64,000 bases of DNA, taken from positions 12,214,001 to 12,278,000 of the forward strand of contig OZ059894.1 in assembly GCA_964057225.1 (NCBI GenBank), given 5' to 3'. A model generated the notes under the pieces. The model was not told the DNA's origin. It made no database searches and saw nothing but the letters and a program-made list of their open reading frames with translations. Position 1 is the first letter of the stretch. Each line of letters begins with the position of its first letter. Below, in pieces: positions 21,690 through 36,778 of this stretch. Both the position numbers and the translations under genes were made by a program. The stretch comes from Auanema rhodensis (taxonomy: Eukaryota > Animalia > Nematoda).

Positions 21690-21831
21690 AATGTCATATT
21701 CTTCATTATCAGTTATATCACTCTAAATCTTGTTGTTAATAGATACGACCACAAAGAAAACAACAGGAACAGTAACAATAACAAAAAAAATTTTTTTTTC
21801 ACCTATGTGTCTAAAGGTTAGCCATGTATCC

Positions 21832-21889
<58 letters not shown>

Positions 21890-23070
21890 ACAGTAAAAAG
21901 TCCAATCAAGAGAGAAATTTTTTCAACACATAGTTGTTTTTTTTTAAATATCATTGTTTTTCCTCATAACTCGGTTTAAACTCGTTCTAACCCGTTGAAA
22001 TACGTCTAGAAAGTCTTTATAACATGCATATGTATGATAGAACTTCATATTTATTGTAATAGAAAATTTTATTTTCAGACGTCTTGGTTAACAATGATAT
22101 GTTTTACCCCCTTATAATTTTTATCATAATGTTCCTTATACGGAACGCTCAATGAAACTTGCTTCCAGAAAAATTTCTTTCTATTTTTTCTTCATATGTA
22201 CGTAGATACTATAGAGAACTATGATAGAAAACTTTAACATTCACGAAATCATCATTTCTCATTACGCTACGGAGGTTTAAAAAGCTGTGTTTTACCTTAT
22301 AATAGACCGGAAAACCCTTGTGTTAAAACTGGACCGTTTTTACACATATAAAAATGTCCCGTATTCGGGACCCTAATGTAACTTTTGATTCCCTATATTT
22401 TTTTTCATGAAATTTACAATCTACTGTAGAAAGAAGAATTATTTTTATAAAAACTGTAAATTTTTGAAAAATGAAAACAAAACGAAAACAAAAACAACTT
22501 TTTTTTGAACATTTTCTCACACAAGGGTCCCCCCTTACCTACTTTTTTTCTCATTACTCGTTTCAACCTCATCCGATCACTCTGCAAACATGTTTAATCG
22601 TTCTAACTTGTTGAAATACGTCTTAAAAGTCTAAACAACATGCATATGCATAATAGAAACCACCCGAATAGGCCCCCACGCACTAAACGAGATATATACA
22701 TTACCAGTATAGTAATAGAACACATATTGAAGATTAATTCGATAAGAACAATTTATTGACGTAGAGAATGTTTGTTCCGAAAAACTACAATATTAAACTA
22801 TAAAAGTAACAAAAGCGTAGAGGCAGCAAAGACATGAATAAACATAAATGTAAATACAGAATTACCAGGTAGTACATAAGTATGACAAAAAATTATAAGA
22901 AAGCCATGAAAATAGAAGGTTTGTGAACAAATGAGAGGTACATCTTTGATCGTATAGTCATTTCTAAACCGTTCGTATGCTGCAGCATCGTCATAAGCGT
23001 CACTCAAGTTGAATTTCCATGTGTACTACACGATTTTCATTCTTATTGTTACATTCTTTCCCTGAGGGAA

Positions 23071-23254
23071 TGGGCCGTTCCCGCCAGCAGTGCAAGAGCG
23101 GGTCGACCCGTGAGGTGGAGCTAGCAAGCCAGCATCTACCTCAAGTCTCAAAAATCGGTTAACCTTATTGTGAACCAATGGAACACATATCGAAGGTTAA
23201 TTCGATAAGAACGATTACTACACTTTGATCTTAGCCAAAAGGCCGAGAAGCGAT
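23071..23254 (-). ncRNA. U2: U2 snRNA
   Basis: Array copy. Confidence 0.96.
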
Positions 23255-23696
23255 ACAGCATAGCCATGAGTATCAAAGACATCAAGCAAATGTATCGTAC
23301 TTGTTACGAGTGCACTCTCTCATTTGAATATAAAAGTGTGGTTTGACAATCTTGACTGTACAGGTCATAAATGGCTCATATAAACTGTGGATTTACTCAA
23401 CTTTTGGACTTATTTTTTTCTTATTCGAAGCGCTGCACTTTTTTCTATTCTTTTTATTCAAATACTTGTATATAGTTTTATATGTACGGTTGCAAAGTTT
23501 CCGAATATTTTATATATTTTTATACAATAATTAGGAGAAGGTTAATACAATGAAATCTCCCAACTTTACAGTGTTTGTATTGCTTACAGTATCTAGAACA
23601 ACCACTCTTGTAATATTAGAGCACATATCAATCAACAACTTTTTCTAGTTATCAAAGCTTTTTTATTTCTTCAAGATATTTCAAATAAAATATAAA

Positions 23697-23815
23697 AGCT
23701 TACGACACCCGGGATTCCCAAGCCGTCTCCGATCCAAGTACTAACCGGGCCCAACGTTGCTTGACTTGCCAGATCGGACGGGATGGCGTACTTTCAACGT
23801 GGTATGGTCGTAAGC
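23697..23815 (-). rRNA. 5S: 5S rRNA
   Basis: Array copy. Confidence 0.97.
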
Positions 23816-24056
23816 AATGTTATATTCTTCATTATCAGTTATATCACTCTAAATCTTGTTGTTAATAGTTAGGACCACAAAGAAAACAACAGGAACAGTA
23901 ACAAATGAAATGCCCAAACTTTACAGTGTTCGAGTTATTTACAGTATCTAAGACTACCTCTGTCGTGTTATTAGAGCAAACATTCGATTAACAACAACTT
24001 TTTTTTAGTTATCAAAGCTTTTTTATTTCTTCAAAAAATTTCAAATAAAATATAAA

Positions 24057-24175
24057 AGCTTACGACACCCGGGATTCCCAAGCCGTCTCCGATCCAAGTA
24101 CTAACCGGGCCCAACGTTGCTTGACTTGCCAGATCGGACGGGATGGCGTACTTTCAACGTGGTATGGTCGTAAGC
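24057..24175 (-). rRNA. 5S: 5S rRNA
   Basis: Array copy. Confidence 0.97.
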
Positions 24176-24317
24176 AATGTCATATTCTTCATTATCAGTT
24201 ATATCACTCTAAATCTTGTTGTTAATAGATACGACCACAAAGAAAACAACAGGAACAGTAACAATAACAAAAAAAATTTTTTTTTCACCTATGTGTCTAA
24301 AGGTTAGCCATGTATCC

Positions 24318-24371
<54 letters not shown>

Positions 24372-25553
24372 ACAGTAAAAAGTCCAATCAAGAGAGAAAT
24401 TTTTTCAACACATAGTTGTTTTTTTTTTAAATATCATTGTTTTTCCTCATAACTCGGTTTAAACTCGTTCTAACCCGTTGAAATACGTCTAGAAAGTCTT
24501 TATAACATGCATATGTATGATAGAACTTCATATTTATTGTAATAGAAAATTTTATTTTCAGACGTCTTGGTTAACAATGATATGTTTTACCCCCTTATAA
24601 TTTTTATCATAATGTTCCTTATACGGAACGCTCAATGAAACTTGCTTCCAGAAAAATTTCTTTCTATTTTTTCTTCATATGTACGTAGATACTATAGAGA
24701 ACTATGATAGAAAACTTTAACATTCACGAAATCATCATTTCTCATTACGCTACGGAGGTTTAAAAAGCTGTGTTTTACCTTATAATAGACCGGAAAACCC
24801 TTGTGTTAAAACTGGACCGTTTTTACACATATAAAAATGTCCCGTATTCGGGACCCTAATGTAACTTTTGATTCCCTATATTTTTTTTCATGAAATTTAC
24901 AATCTACTGTAGAAAGAAGAATTATTTTTATAAAAACTGTAAATTTTTGAAAAATGAAAACAAAACGAAAACAAAAACAACTTTTTTTTGAACATTTTCT
25001 CACACAAGGGTCCCCCCTTACCTACTTTTTTTCTCATTACTCGTTTCAACCTCATCCGATCACTCTGCAAACATGTTTAATCGTTCTAACTTGTTGAAAT
25101 ACGTCTTAAAAGTCTAAACAACATGCATATGCATAATAGAAACCACCCGAATAGGCCCCCACGCACTAAACGAGATATATACATTACCAGTATAGTAATA
25201 GAACACATATTGAAGATTAATTCGATAAGAACAATTTATTGACGTAGAGAATGTTTGTTCCGAAAAACTACAATATTAAACTATAAAAGTAACAAAAGCG
25301 TAGAGGCAGCAAAGACATGAATAAACATAAATGTAAATACAGAATTACCAGGTAGTACATAAGTATGACAAAAAATTATAAGAAAGCCATGAAAATAGAA
25401 GGTTTGTGAACAAATGAGAGGTACATCTTTGATCGTATAGTCATTTCTAAACCGTTCGTATGCTGCAGCATCGTCATAAGCGTCACTCAAGTTGAATTTC
25501 CATGTGTACTACACGATTTTCATTCTTATTGTTACATTCTTTCCCTGAGGGAA

Positions 25554-25737
25554 TGGGCCGTTCCCGCCAGCAGTGCAAGAGCGGGTCGACCCGTGAGGTG
25601 GAGCTAGCAAGCCAGCATCTACCTCAAGTCTCAAAAATCGGTTAACCTTATTGTGAACCAATGGAACACATATCGAAGGTTAATTCGATAAGAACGATTA
25701 CTACACTTTGATCTTAGCCAAAAGGCCGAGAAGCGAT
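25554..25737 (-). ncRNA. U2: U2 snRNA
   Basis: Array copy. Confidence 0.96.
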
Positions 25738-26179
25738 ACAGCATAGCCATGAGTATCAAAGACATCAAGCAAATGTATCGTACTTGTTACGAGTGCACTC
25801 TCTCATTTGAATATAAAAGTGTGGTTTGACAATCTTGACTGTACAGGTCATAAATGGCTCATATAAACTGTGGATTTACTCAACTTTTGGACTTATTTTT
25901 TTCTTATTCGAAGCGCTGCACTTTTTTCTATTCTTTTTATTCAAATACTTGTATATAGTTTTATATGTACGGTTGCAAAGTTTCCGAATATTTTATATAT
26001 TTTTATACAATAATTAGGAGAAGGTTAATACAATGAAATCTCCCAACTTTACAGTGTTTGTATTGCTTACAGTATCTAGAACAACCACTCTTGTAATATT
26101 AGAGCACATATCAATCAACAACTTTTTCTAGTTATCAAAGCTTTTTTATTTCTTCAAGATATTTCAAATAAAATATAAA

Positions 26180-26298
26180 AGCTTACGACACCCGGGATTC
26201 CCAAGCCGTCTCCGATCCAAGTACTAACCGGGCCCAACGTTGCTTGACTTGCCAGATCGGACGGGATGGCGTACTTTCAACGTGGTATGGTCGTAAGC
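26180..26298 (-). rRNA. 5S: 5S rRNA
   Basis: Array copy. Confidence 0.97.
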
Positions 26299-26539
26299 AA
26301 TGTTATATTCTTCATTATCAGTTATATCACTCTAAATCTTGTTGTTAATAGTTAGGACCACAAAGAAAACAACAGGAACAGTAACAAATGAAATGCCCAA
26401 ACTTTACAGTGTTCGAGTTATTTACAGTATCTAAGACTACCTCTGTCGTGTTATTAGAGCAAACATTCGATTAACAACAACTTTTTTTTAGTTATCAAAG
26501 CTTTTTTATTTCTTCAAAAAATTTCAAATAAAATATAAA

Positions 26540-26658
26540 AGCTTACGACACCCGGGATTCCCAAGCCGTCTCCGATCCAAGTACTAACCGGGCCCAACGT
26601 TGCTTGACTTGCCAGATCGGACGGGATGGCGTACTTTCAACGTGGTATGGTCGTAAGC
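26540..26658 (-). rRNA. 5S: 5S rRNA
   Basis: Array copy. Confidence 0.97.
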
Positions 26659-26800
26659 AATGTCATATTCTTCATTATCAGTTATATCACTCTAAATCTT
26701 GTTGTTAATAGATACGACCACAAAGAAAACAACAGGAACAGTAACAATAACAAAAAAAATTTTTTTTTCACCTATGTGTCTAAAGGTTAGCCATGTATCC

Positions 26801-26844
<44 letters not shown>

Positions 26845-28026
26845 ACAGTAAAAAGTCCAATCAAGAGAGAAATTTTTTCAACACATAGTTGTTTTTTTTT
26901 TAAATATCATTGTTTTTCCTCATAACTCGGTTTAAACTCGTTCTAACCCGTTGAAATACGTCTAGAAAGTCTTTATAACATGCATATGTATGATAGAACT
27001 TCATATTTATTGTAATAGAAAATTTTATTTTCAGACGTCTTGGTTAACAATGATATGTTTTACCCCCTTATAATTTTTATCATAATGTTCCTTATACGGA
27101 ACGCTCAATGAAACTTGCTTCCAGAAAAATTTCTTTCTATTTTTTCTTCATATGTACGTAGATACTATAGAGAACTATGATAGAAAACTTTAACATTCAC
27201 GAAATCATCATTTCTCATTACGCTACGGAGGTTTAAAAAGCTGTGTTTTACCTTATAATAGACCGGAAAACCCTTGTGTTAAAACTGGACCGTTTTTACA
27301 CATATAAAAATGTCCCGTATTCGGGACCCTAATGTAACTTTTGATTCCCTATATTTTTTTTCATGAAATTTACAATCTACTGTAGAAAGAAGAATTATTT
27401 TTATAAAAACTGTAAATTTTTGAAAAATGAAAACAAAACGAAAACAAAAACAACTTTTTTTTGAACATTTTCTCACACAAGGGTCCCCCCTTACCTACTT
27501 TTTTTCTCATTACTCGTTTCAACCTCATCCGATCACTCTGCAAACATGTTTAATCGTTCTAACTTGTTGAAATACGTCTTAAAAGTCTAAACAACATGCA
27601 TATGCATAATAGAAACCACCCGAATAGGCCCCCACGCACTAAACGAGATATATACATTACCAGTATAGTAATAGAACACATATTGAAGATTAATTCGATA
27701 AGAACAATTTATTGACGTAGAGAATGTTTGTTCCGAAAAACTACAATATTAAACTATAAAAGTAACAAAAGCGTAGAGGCAGCAAAGACATGAATAAACA
27801 TAAATGTAAATACAGAATTACCAGGTAGTACATAAGTATGACAAAAAATTATAAGAAAGCCATGAAAATAGAAGGTTTGTGAACAAATGAGAGGTACATC
27901 TTTGATCGTATAGTCATTTCTAAACCGTTCGTATGCTGCAGCATCGTCATAAGCGTCACTCAAGTTGAATTTCCATGTGTACTACACGATTTTCATTCTT
28001 ATTGTTACATTCTTTCCCTGAGGGAA

Positions 28027-28210
28027 TGGGCCGTTCCCGCCAGCAGTGCAAGAGCGGGTCGACCCGTGAGGTGGAGCTAGCAAGCCAGCATCTACCTCAA
28101 GTCTCAAAAATCGGTTAACCTTATTGTGAACCAATGGAACACATATCGAAGGTTAATTCGATAAGAACGATTACTACACTTTGATCTTAGCCAAAAGGCC
28201 GAGAAGCGAT
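28027..28210 (-). ncRNA. U2: U2 snRNA
   Basis: Array copy. Confidence 0.96.
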
Positions 28211-28652
28211 ATAGCATAGCCATGAGTATCAAAGACATCAAGCAAATGTATCGTACTTGTTACGAGTGCACTCTCTCATTTGAATATAAAAGTGTGGTTT
28301 GACAATCTTGACTGTACAGGTCATAAATGGCTCATATAAACTGTGGATTTACTCAACTTTTGGACTTATTTTTTTCTTATTCGAAGCGCTGCACTTTTTT
28401 CTATTCTTTTTATTCAAATACTTGTATATAGTTTTATATGTACGGTTGCAAAGTTTCCGAATATTTTATATATTTTTATACAATAATTAGGAGAAGGTTA
28501 ATACAATGAAATCTCCCAACTTTACAGTGTTTGTATTGCTTACAGTATCTAGAACAACCACTCTTGTAATATTAGAGCACATATCAATCAACAACTTTTT
28601 CTAGTTATCAAAGCTTTTTTATTTCTTCAAGATATTTCAAATAAAATATAAA

Positions 28653-28771
28653 AGCTTACGACACCCGGGATTCCCAAGCCGTCTCCGATCCAAGTACTAA
28701 CCGGGCCCAACGTTGCTTGACTTGCCAGATCGGACGGGATGGCGTACTTTCAACGTGGTATGGTCGTAAGC
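28653..28771 (-). rRNA. 5S: 5S rRNA
   Basis: Array copy. Confidence 0.97.
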
Positions 28772-29012
28772 AATGTTATATTCTTCATTATCAGTTATAT
28801 CACTCTAAATCTTGTTGTTAATAGTTAGGACCACAAAGAAAACAACAGGAACAGTAACAAATGAAATGCCCAAACTTTACAGTGTTCGAGTTATTTACAG
28901 TATCTAAGACTACCTCTGTCGTGTTATTAGAGCAAACATTCGATTAACAACAACTTTTTTTTAGTTATCAAAGCTTTTTTATTTCTTCAAAAAATTTCAA
29001 ATAAAATATAAA

Positions 29013-29131
29013 AGCTTACGACACCCGGGATTCCCAAGCCGTCTCCGATCCAAGTACTAACCGGGCCCAACGTTGCTTGACTTGCCAGATCGGACGGGAT
29101 GGCGTACTTTCAACGTGGTATGGTCGTAAGC
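29013..29131 (-). rRNA. 5S: 5S rRNA
   Basis: Array copy. Confidence 0.97.
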
Positions 29132-29273
29132 AATGTCATATTCTTCATTATCAGTTATATCACTCTAAATCTTGTTGTTAATAGATACGACCACAAAGAA
29201 AACAACAGGAACAGTAACAATAACAAAAAAAATTTTTTTTTCACCTATGTGTCTAAAGGTTAGCCATGTATCC

Positions 29274-29331
<58 letters not shown>

Positions 29332-30513
29332 ACAGTAAAAAGTCCAATCAAGAGAGAAATTTTTTCAACACATAGTTGTTTTTTTTTTAAATATCATTGT
29401 TTTTCCTCATAACTCGGTTTAAACTCGTTCTAACCCGTTGAAATACGTCTAGAAAGTCTTTATAACATGCATATGTATGATAGAACTTCATATTTATTGT
29501 AATAGAAAATTTTATTTTCAGACGTCTTGGTTAACAATGATATGTTTTACCCCCTTATAATTTTTATCATAATGTTCCTTATACGGAACGCTCAATGAAA
29601 CTTGCTTCCAGAAAAATTTCTTTCTATTTTTTCTTCATATGTACGTAGATACTATAGAGAACTATGATAGAAAACTTTAACATTCACGAAATCATCATTT
29701 CTCATTACGCTACGGAGGTTTAAAAAGCTGTGTTTTACCTTATAATAGACCGGAAAACCCTTGTGTTAAAACTGGACCGTTTTTACACATATAAAAATGT
29801 CCCGTATTCGGGACCCTAATGTAACTTTTGATTCCCTATATTTTTTTTCATGAAATTTACAATCTACTGTAGAAAGAAGAATTATTTTTATAAAAACTGT
29901 AAATTTTTGAAAAATGAAAACAAAACGAAAACAAAAACAACTTTTTTTTGAACATTTTCTCACACAAGGGTCCCCCCTTACCTACTTTTTTTCTCATTAC
30001 TCGTTTCAACCTCATCCGATCACTCTGCAAACATGTTTAATCGTTCTAACTTGTTGAAATACGTCTTAAAAGTCTAAACAACATGCATATGCATAATAGA
30101 AACCACCCGAATAGGCCCCCACGCACTAAACGAGATATATACATTACCAGTATAGTAATAGAACACATATTGAAGATTAATTCGATAAGAACAATTTATT
30201 GACGTAGAGAATGTTTGTTCCGAAAAACTACAATATTAAACTATAAAAGTAACAAAAGCGTAGAGGCAGCAAAGACATGAATAAACATAAATGTAAATAC
30301 AGAATTACCAGGTAGTACATAAGTATGACAAAAAATTATAAGAAAGCCATGAAAATAGAAGGTTTGTGAACAAATGAGAGGTACATCTTTGATCGTATAG
30401 TCATTTCTAAACCGTTCGTATGCTGCAGCATCGTCATAAGCGTCACTCAAGTTGAATTTCCATGTGTACTACACGATTTTCATTCTTATTGTTACATTCT
30501 TTCCCTGAGGGAA

Positions 30514-30697
30514 TGGGCCGTTCCCGCCAGCAGTGCAAGAGCGGGTCGACCCGTGAGGTGGAGCTAGCAAGCCAGCATCTACCTCAAGTCTCAAAAATCG
30601 GTTAACCTTATTGTGAACCAATGGAACACATATCGAAGGTTAATTCGATAAGAACGATTACTACACTTTGATCTTAGCCAAAAGGCCGAGAAGCGAT
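30514..30697 (-). ncRNA. U2: U2 snRNA
   Basis: Array copy. Confidence 0.96.
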
Positions 30698-31139
30698 ATA
30701 GCATAGCCATGAGTATCAAAGACATCAAGCAAATGTATCGTACTTGTTACGAGTGCACTCTCTCATTTGAATATAAAAGTGTGGTTTGACAATCTTGACT
30801 GTACAGGTCATAAATGGCTCATATAAACTGTGGATTTACTCAACTTTTGGACTTATTTTTTTCTTATTCGAAGCGCTGCACTTTTTTCTATTCTTTTTAT
30901 TCAAATACTTGTATATAGTTTTATATGTACGGTTGCAAAGTTTCCGAATATTTTATATATTTTTATACAATAATTAGGAGAAGGTTAATACAATGAAATC
31001 TCCCAACTTTACAGTGTTTGTATTGCTTACAGTATCTAGAACAACCACTCTTGTAATATTAGAGCACATATCAATCAACAACTTTTTCTAGTTATCAAAG
31101 CTTTTTTATTTCTTCAAGATATTTCAAATAAAATATAAA

Positions 31140-31258
31140 AGCTTACGACACCCGGGATTCCCAAGCCGTCTCCGATCCAAGTACTAACCGGGCCCAACGT
31201 TGCTTGACTTGCCAGATCGGACGGGATGGCGTACTTTCAACGTGGTATGGTCGTAAGC
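31140..31258 (-). rRNA. 5S: 5S rRNA
   Basis: Array copy. Confidence 0.97.
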
Positions 31259-31499
31259 AATGTTATATTCTTCATTATCAGTTATATCACTCTAAATCTT
31301 GTTGTTAATAGTTAGGACCACAAAGAAAACAACAGGAACAGTAACAAATGAAATGCCCAAACTTTACAGTGTTCGAGTTATTTACAGTATCTAAGACTAC
31401 CTCTGTCGTGTTATTAGAGCAAACATTCGATTAACAACAACTTTTTTTTAGTTATCAAAGCTTTTTTATTTCTTCAAAAAATTTCAAATAAAATATAAA

Positions 31500-31618
31500 A
31501 GCTTACGACACCCGGGATTCCCAAGCCGTCTCCGATCCAAGTACTAACCGGGCCCAACGTTGCTTGACTTGCCAGATCGGACGGGATGGCGTACTTTCAA
31601 CGTGGTATGGTCGTAAGC
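31500..31618 (-). rRNA. 5S: 5S rRNA
   Basis: Array copy. Confidence 0.97.
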
Positions 31619-31761
31619 AATGTCATATTCTTCATTATCAGTTATATCACTCTAAATCTTGTTGTTAATAGATACGACCACAAAGAAAACAACAGGAACA
31701 GTAACAATAACAAAAAAAATTTTTTTTTCACCTATGTGTCTAAAGGTTAGCCATGTATCCG

Positions 31762-31817
<56 letters not shown>

Positions 31818-32999
31818 ACAGTAAAAAGTCCAATCAAGAGAGAAATTTTTTCAACACATAGTTGTTTTTTTTTTAAATATCATTGTTTTTCCTCATAACT
31901 CGGTTTAAACTCGTTCTAACCCGTTGAAATACGTCTAGAAAGTCTTTATAACATGCATATGTATGATAGAACTTCATATTTATTGTAATAGAAAATTTTA
32001 TTTTCAGACGTCTTGGTTAACAATGATATGTTTTACCCCCTTATAATTTTTATCATAATGTTCCTTATACGGAACGCTCAATGAAACTTGCTTCCAGAAA
32101 AATTTCTTTCTATTTTTTCTTCATATGTACGTAGATACTATAGAGAACTATGATAGAAAACTTTAACATTCACGAAATCATCATTTCTCATTACGCTACG
32201 GAGGTTTAAAAAGCTGTGTTTTACCTTATAATAGACCGGAAAACCCTTGTGTTAAAACTGGACCGTTTTTACACATATAAAAATGTCCCGTATTCGGGAC
32301 CCTAATGTAACTTTTGATTCCCTATATTTTTTTTCATGAAATTTACAATCTACTGTAGAAAGAAGAATTATTTTTATAAAAACTGTAAATTTTTGAAAAA
32401 TGAAAACAAAACGAAAACAAAAACAACTTTTTTTTGAACATTTTCTCACACAAGGGTCCCCCCTTACCTACTTTTTTTCTCATTACTCGTTTCAACCTCA
32501 TCCGATCACTCTGCAAACATGTTTAATCGTTCTAACTTGTTGAAATACGTCTTAAAAGTCTAAACAACATGCATATGCATAATAGAAACCACCCGAATAG
32601 GCCCCCACGCACTAAACGAGATATATACATTACCAGTATAGTAATAGAACACATATTGAAGATTAATTCGATAAGAACAATTTATTGACGTAGAGAATGT
32701 TTGTTCCGAAAAACTACAATATTAAACTATAAAAGTAACAAAAGCGTAGAGGCAGCAAAGACATGAATAAACATAAATGTAAATACAGAATTACCAGGTA
32801 GTACATAAGTATGACAAAAAATTATAAGAAAGCCATGAAAATAGAAGGTTTGTGAACAAATGAGAGGTACATCTTTGATCGTATAGTCATTTCTAAACCG
32901 TTCGTATGCTGCAGCATCGTCATAAGCGTCACTCAAGTTGAATTTCCATGTGTACTACACGATTTTCATTCTTATTGTTACATTCTTTCCCTGAGGGAA

Positions 33000-33183
33000 T
33001 GGGCCGTTCCCGCCAGCAGTGCAAGAGCGGGTCGACCCGTGAGGTGGAGCTAGCAAGCCAGCATCTACCTCAAGTCTCAAAAATCGGTTAACCTTATTGT
33101 GAACCAATGGAACACATATCGAAGGTTAATTCGATAAGAACGATTACTACACTTTGATCTTAGCCAAAAGGCCGAGAAGCGAT
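33000..33183 (-). ncRNA. U2: U2 snRNA
   Basis: Array copy. Confidence 0.96.
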
Positions 33184-33625
33184 ACAGCATAGCCATGAGT
33201 ATCAAAGACATCAAGCAAATGTATCGTACTTGTTACGAGTGCACTCTCTCATTTGAATATAAAAGTGTGGTTTGACAATCTTGACTGTACAGGTCATAAA
33301 TGGCTCATATAAACTGTGGATTTACTCAACTTTTGGACTTATTTTTTTCTTATTCGAAGCGCTGCACTTTTTTCTATTCTTTTTATTCAAATACTTGTAT
33401 ATAGTTTTATATGTACGGTTGCAAAGTTTCCGAATATTTTATATATTTTTATACAATAATTAGGAGAAGGTTAATACAATGAAATCTCCCAACTTTACAG
33501 TGTTTGTATTGCTTACAGTATCTAGAACAACCACTCTTGTAATATTAGAGCACATATCAATCAACAACTTTTTCTAGTTATCAAAGCTTTTTTATTTCTT
33601 CAAGATATTTCAAATAAAATATAAA

Positions 33626-33744
33626 AGCTTACGACACCCGGGATTCCCAAGCCGTCTCCGATCCAAGTACTAACCGGGCCCAACGTTGCTTGACTTGCCA
33701 GATCGGACGGGATGGCGTACTTTCAACGTGGTATGGTCGTAAGC
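33626..33744 (-). rRNA. 5S: 5S rRNA
   Basis: Array copy. Confidence 0.97.
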
Positions 33745-33985
33745 AATGTTATATTCTTCATTATCAGTTATATCACTCTAAATCTTGTTGTTAATAGTTA
33801 GGACCACAAAGAAAACAACAGGAACAGTAACAAATGAAATGCCCAAACTTTACAGTGTTCGAGTTATTTACAGTATCTAAGACTACCTCTGTCGTGTTAT
33901 TAGAGCAAACATTCGATTAACAACAACTTTTTTTTAGTTATCAAAGCTTTTTTATTTCTTCAAAAAATTTCAAATAAAATATAAA

Positions 33986-34104
33986 AGCTTACGACACCCG
34001 GGATTCCCAAGCCGTCTCCGATCCAAGTACTAACCGGGCCCAACGTTGCTTGACTTGCCAGATCGGACGGGATGGCGTACTTTCAACGTGGTATGGTCGT
34101 AAGC
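33986..34104 (-). rRNA. 5S: 5S rRNA
   Basis: Array copy. Confidence 0.97.
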
Positions 34105-34247
34105 AATGTCATATTCTTCATTATCAGTTATATCACTCTAAATCTTGTTGTTAATAGATACGACCACAAAGAAAACAACAGGAACAGTAACAATAACAAA
34201 AAAAATTTTTTTTTCACCTATGTGTCTAAAGGTTAGCCATGTATCCG

Positions 34248-34301
<54 letters not shown>

Positions 34302-35483
34302 ACAGTAAAAAGTCCAATCAAGAGAGAAATTTTTTCAACACATAGTTGTTTTTTTTTTAAATATCATTGTTTTTCCTCATAACTCGGTTTAAACTCGTTC
34401 TAACCCGTTGAAATACGTCTAGAAAGTCTTTATAACATGCATATGTATGATAGAACTTCATATTTATTGTAATAGAAAATTTTATTTTCAGACGTCTTGG
34501 TTAACAATGATATGTTTTACCCCCTTATAATTTTTATCATAATGTTCCTTATACGGAACGCTCAATGAAACTTGCTTCCAGAAAAATTTCTTTCTATTTT
34601 TTCTTCATATGTACGTAGATACTATAGAGAACTATGATAGAAAACTTTAACATTCACGAAATCATCATTTCTCATTACGCTACGGAGGTTTAAAAAGCTG
34701 TGTTTTACCTTATAATAGACCGGAAAACCCTTGTGTTAAAACTGGACCGTTTTTACACATATAAAAATGTCCCGTATTCGGGACCCTAATGTAACTTTTG
34801 ATTCCCTATATTTTTTTTCATGAAATTTACAATCTACTGTAGAAAGAAGAATTATTTTTATAAAAACTGTAAATTTTTGAAAAATGAAAACAAAACGAAA
34901 ACAAAAACAACTTTTTTTTGAACATTTTCTCACACAAGGGTCCCCCCTTACCTACTTTTTTTCTCATTACTCGTTTCAACCTCATCCGATCACTCTGCAA
35001 ACATGTTTAATCGTTCTAACTTGTTGAAATACGTCTTAAAAGTCTAAACAACATGCATATGCATAATAGAAACCACCCGAATAGGCCCCCACGCACTAAA
35101 CGAGATATATACATTACCAGTATAGTAATAGAACACATATTGAAGATTAATTCGATAAGAACAATTTATTGACGTAGAGAATGTTTGTTCCGAAAAACTA
35201 CAATATTAAACTATAAAAGTAACAAAAGCGTAGAGGCAGCAAAGACATGAATAAACATAAATGTAAATACAGAATTACCAGGTAGTACATAAGTATGACA
35301 AAAAATTATAAGAAAGCCATGAAAATAGAAGGTTTGTGAACAAATGAGAGGTACATCTTTGATCGTATAGTCATTTCTAAACCGTTCGTATGCTGCAGCA
35401 TCGTCATAAGCGTCACTCAAGTTGAATTTCCATGTGTACTACACGATTTTCATTCTTATTGTTACATTCTTTCCCTGAGGGAA

Positions 35484-35667
35484 TGGGCCGTTCCCGCCAG
35501 CAGTGCAAGAGCGGGTCGACCCGTGAGGTGGAGCTAGCAAGCCAGCATCTACCTCAAGTCTCAAAAATCGGTTAACCTTATTGTGAACCAATGGAACACA
35601 TATCGAAGGTTAATTCGATAAGAACGATTACTACACTTTGATCTTAGCCAAAAGGCCGAGAAGCGAT
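35484..35667 (-). ncRNA. U2: U2 snRNA
   Basis: Array copy. Confidence 0.96.
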
Positions 35668-36109
35668 ACAGCATAGCCATGAGTATCAAAGACATCAAGC
35701 AAATGTATCGTACTTGTTACGAGTGCACTCTCTCATTTGAATATAAAAGTGTGGTTTGACAATCTTGACTGTACAGGTCATAAATGGCTCATATAAACTG
35801 TGGATTTACTCAACTTTTGGACTTATTTTTTTCTTATTCGAAGCGCTGCACTTTTTTCTATTCTTTTTATTCAAATACTTGTATATAGTTTTATATGTAC
35901 GGTTGCAAAGTTTCCGAATATTTTATATATTTTTATACAATAATTAGGAGAAGGTTAATACAATGAAATCTCCCAACTTTACAGTGTTTGTATTGCTTAC
36001 AGTATCTAGAACAACCACTCTTGTAATATTAGAGCACATATCAATCAACAACTTTTTCTAGTTATCAAAGCTTTTTTATTTCTTCAAGATATTTCAAATA
36101 AAATATAAA

Positions 36110-36228
36110 AGCTTACGACACCCGGGATTCCCAAGCCGTCTCCGATCCAAGTACTAACCGGGCCCAACGTTGCTTGACTTGCCAGATCGGACGGGATGGC
36201 GTACTTTCAACGTGGTATGGTCGTAAGC
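36110..36228 (-). rRNA. 5S: 5S rRNA
   Basis: Array copy. Confidence 0.97.
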
Positions 36229-36469
36229 AATGTTATATTCTTCGTTATCAGTTATATCACTCTAAATCTTGTTGTTAATAGTTAGGACCACAAAGAAAAC
36301 AACAGGAACAGTAACAAATGAAATGCCCAAACTTTACAGTGTTCGAGTTATTTACAGTATCTAAGACTACCTCTGTCGTGTTATTAGAGCAAACATTCGA
36401 TTAACAACAACTTTTTTTTAGTTATCAAAGCTTTTTTATTTCTTCAAAAAATTTCAAATAAAATATAAA

Positions 36470-36588
36470 AGCTTACGACACCCGGGATTCCCAAGCCGTC
36501 TCCGATCCAAGTACTAACCGGGCCCAACGTTGCTTGACTTGCCAGATCGGACGGGATGGCGTACTTTCAACGTGGTATGGTCGTAAGC
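36470..36588 (-). rRNA. 5S: 5S rRNA
   Basis: Array copy. Confidence 0.97.
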
Positions 36589-36730
36589 AATGTCATATTC
36601 TTCATTATCAGTTATATCACTCTAAATCTTGTTGTTAATAGATACGACCACAAAGAAAACAACAGGAACAGTAACAATAACAAAAAAAATTTTTTTTTCA
36701 CCTATGTGTCTAAAGGTTAGCCATGTATCC

Positions 36731-36778
<48 letters not shown>
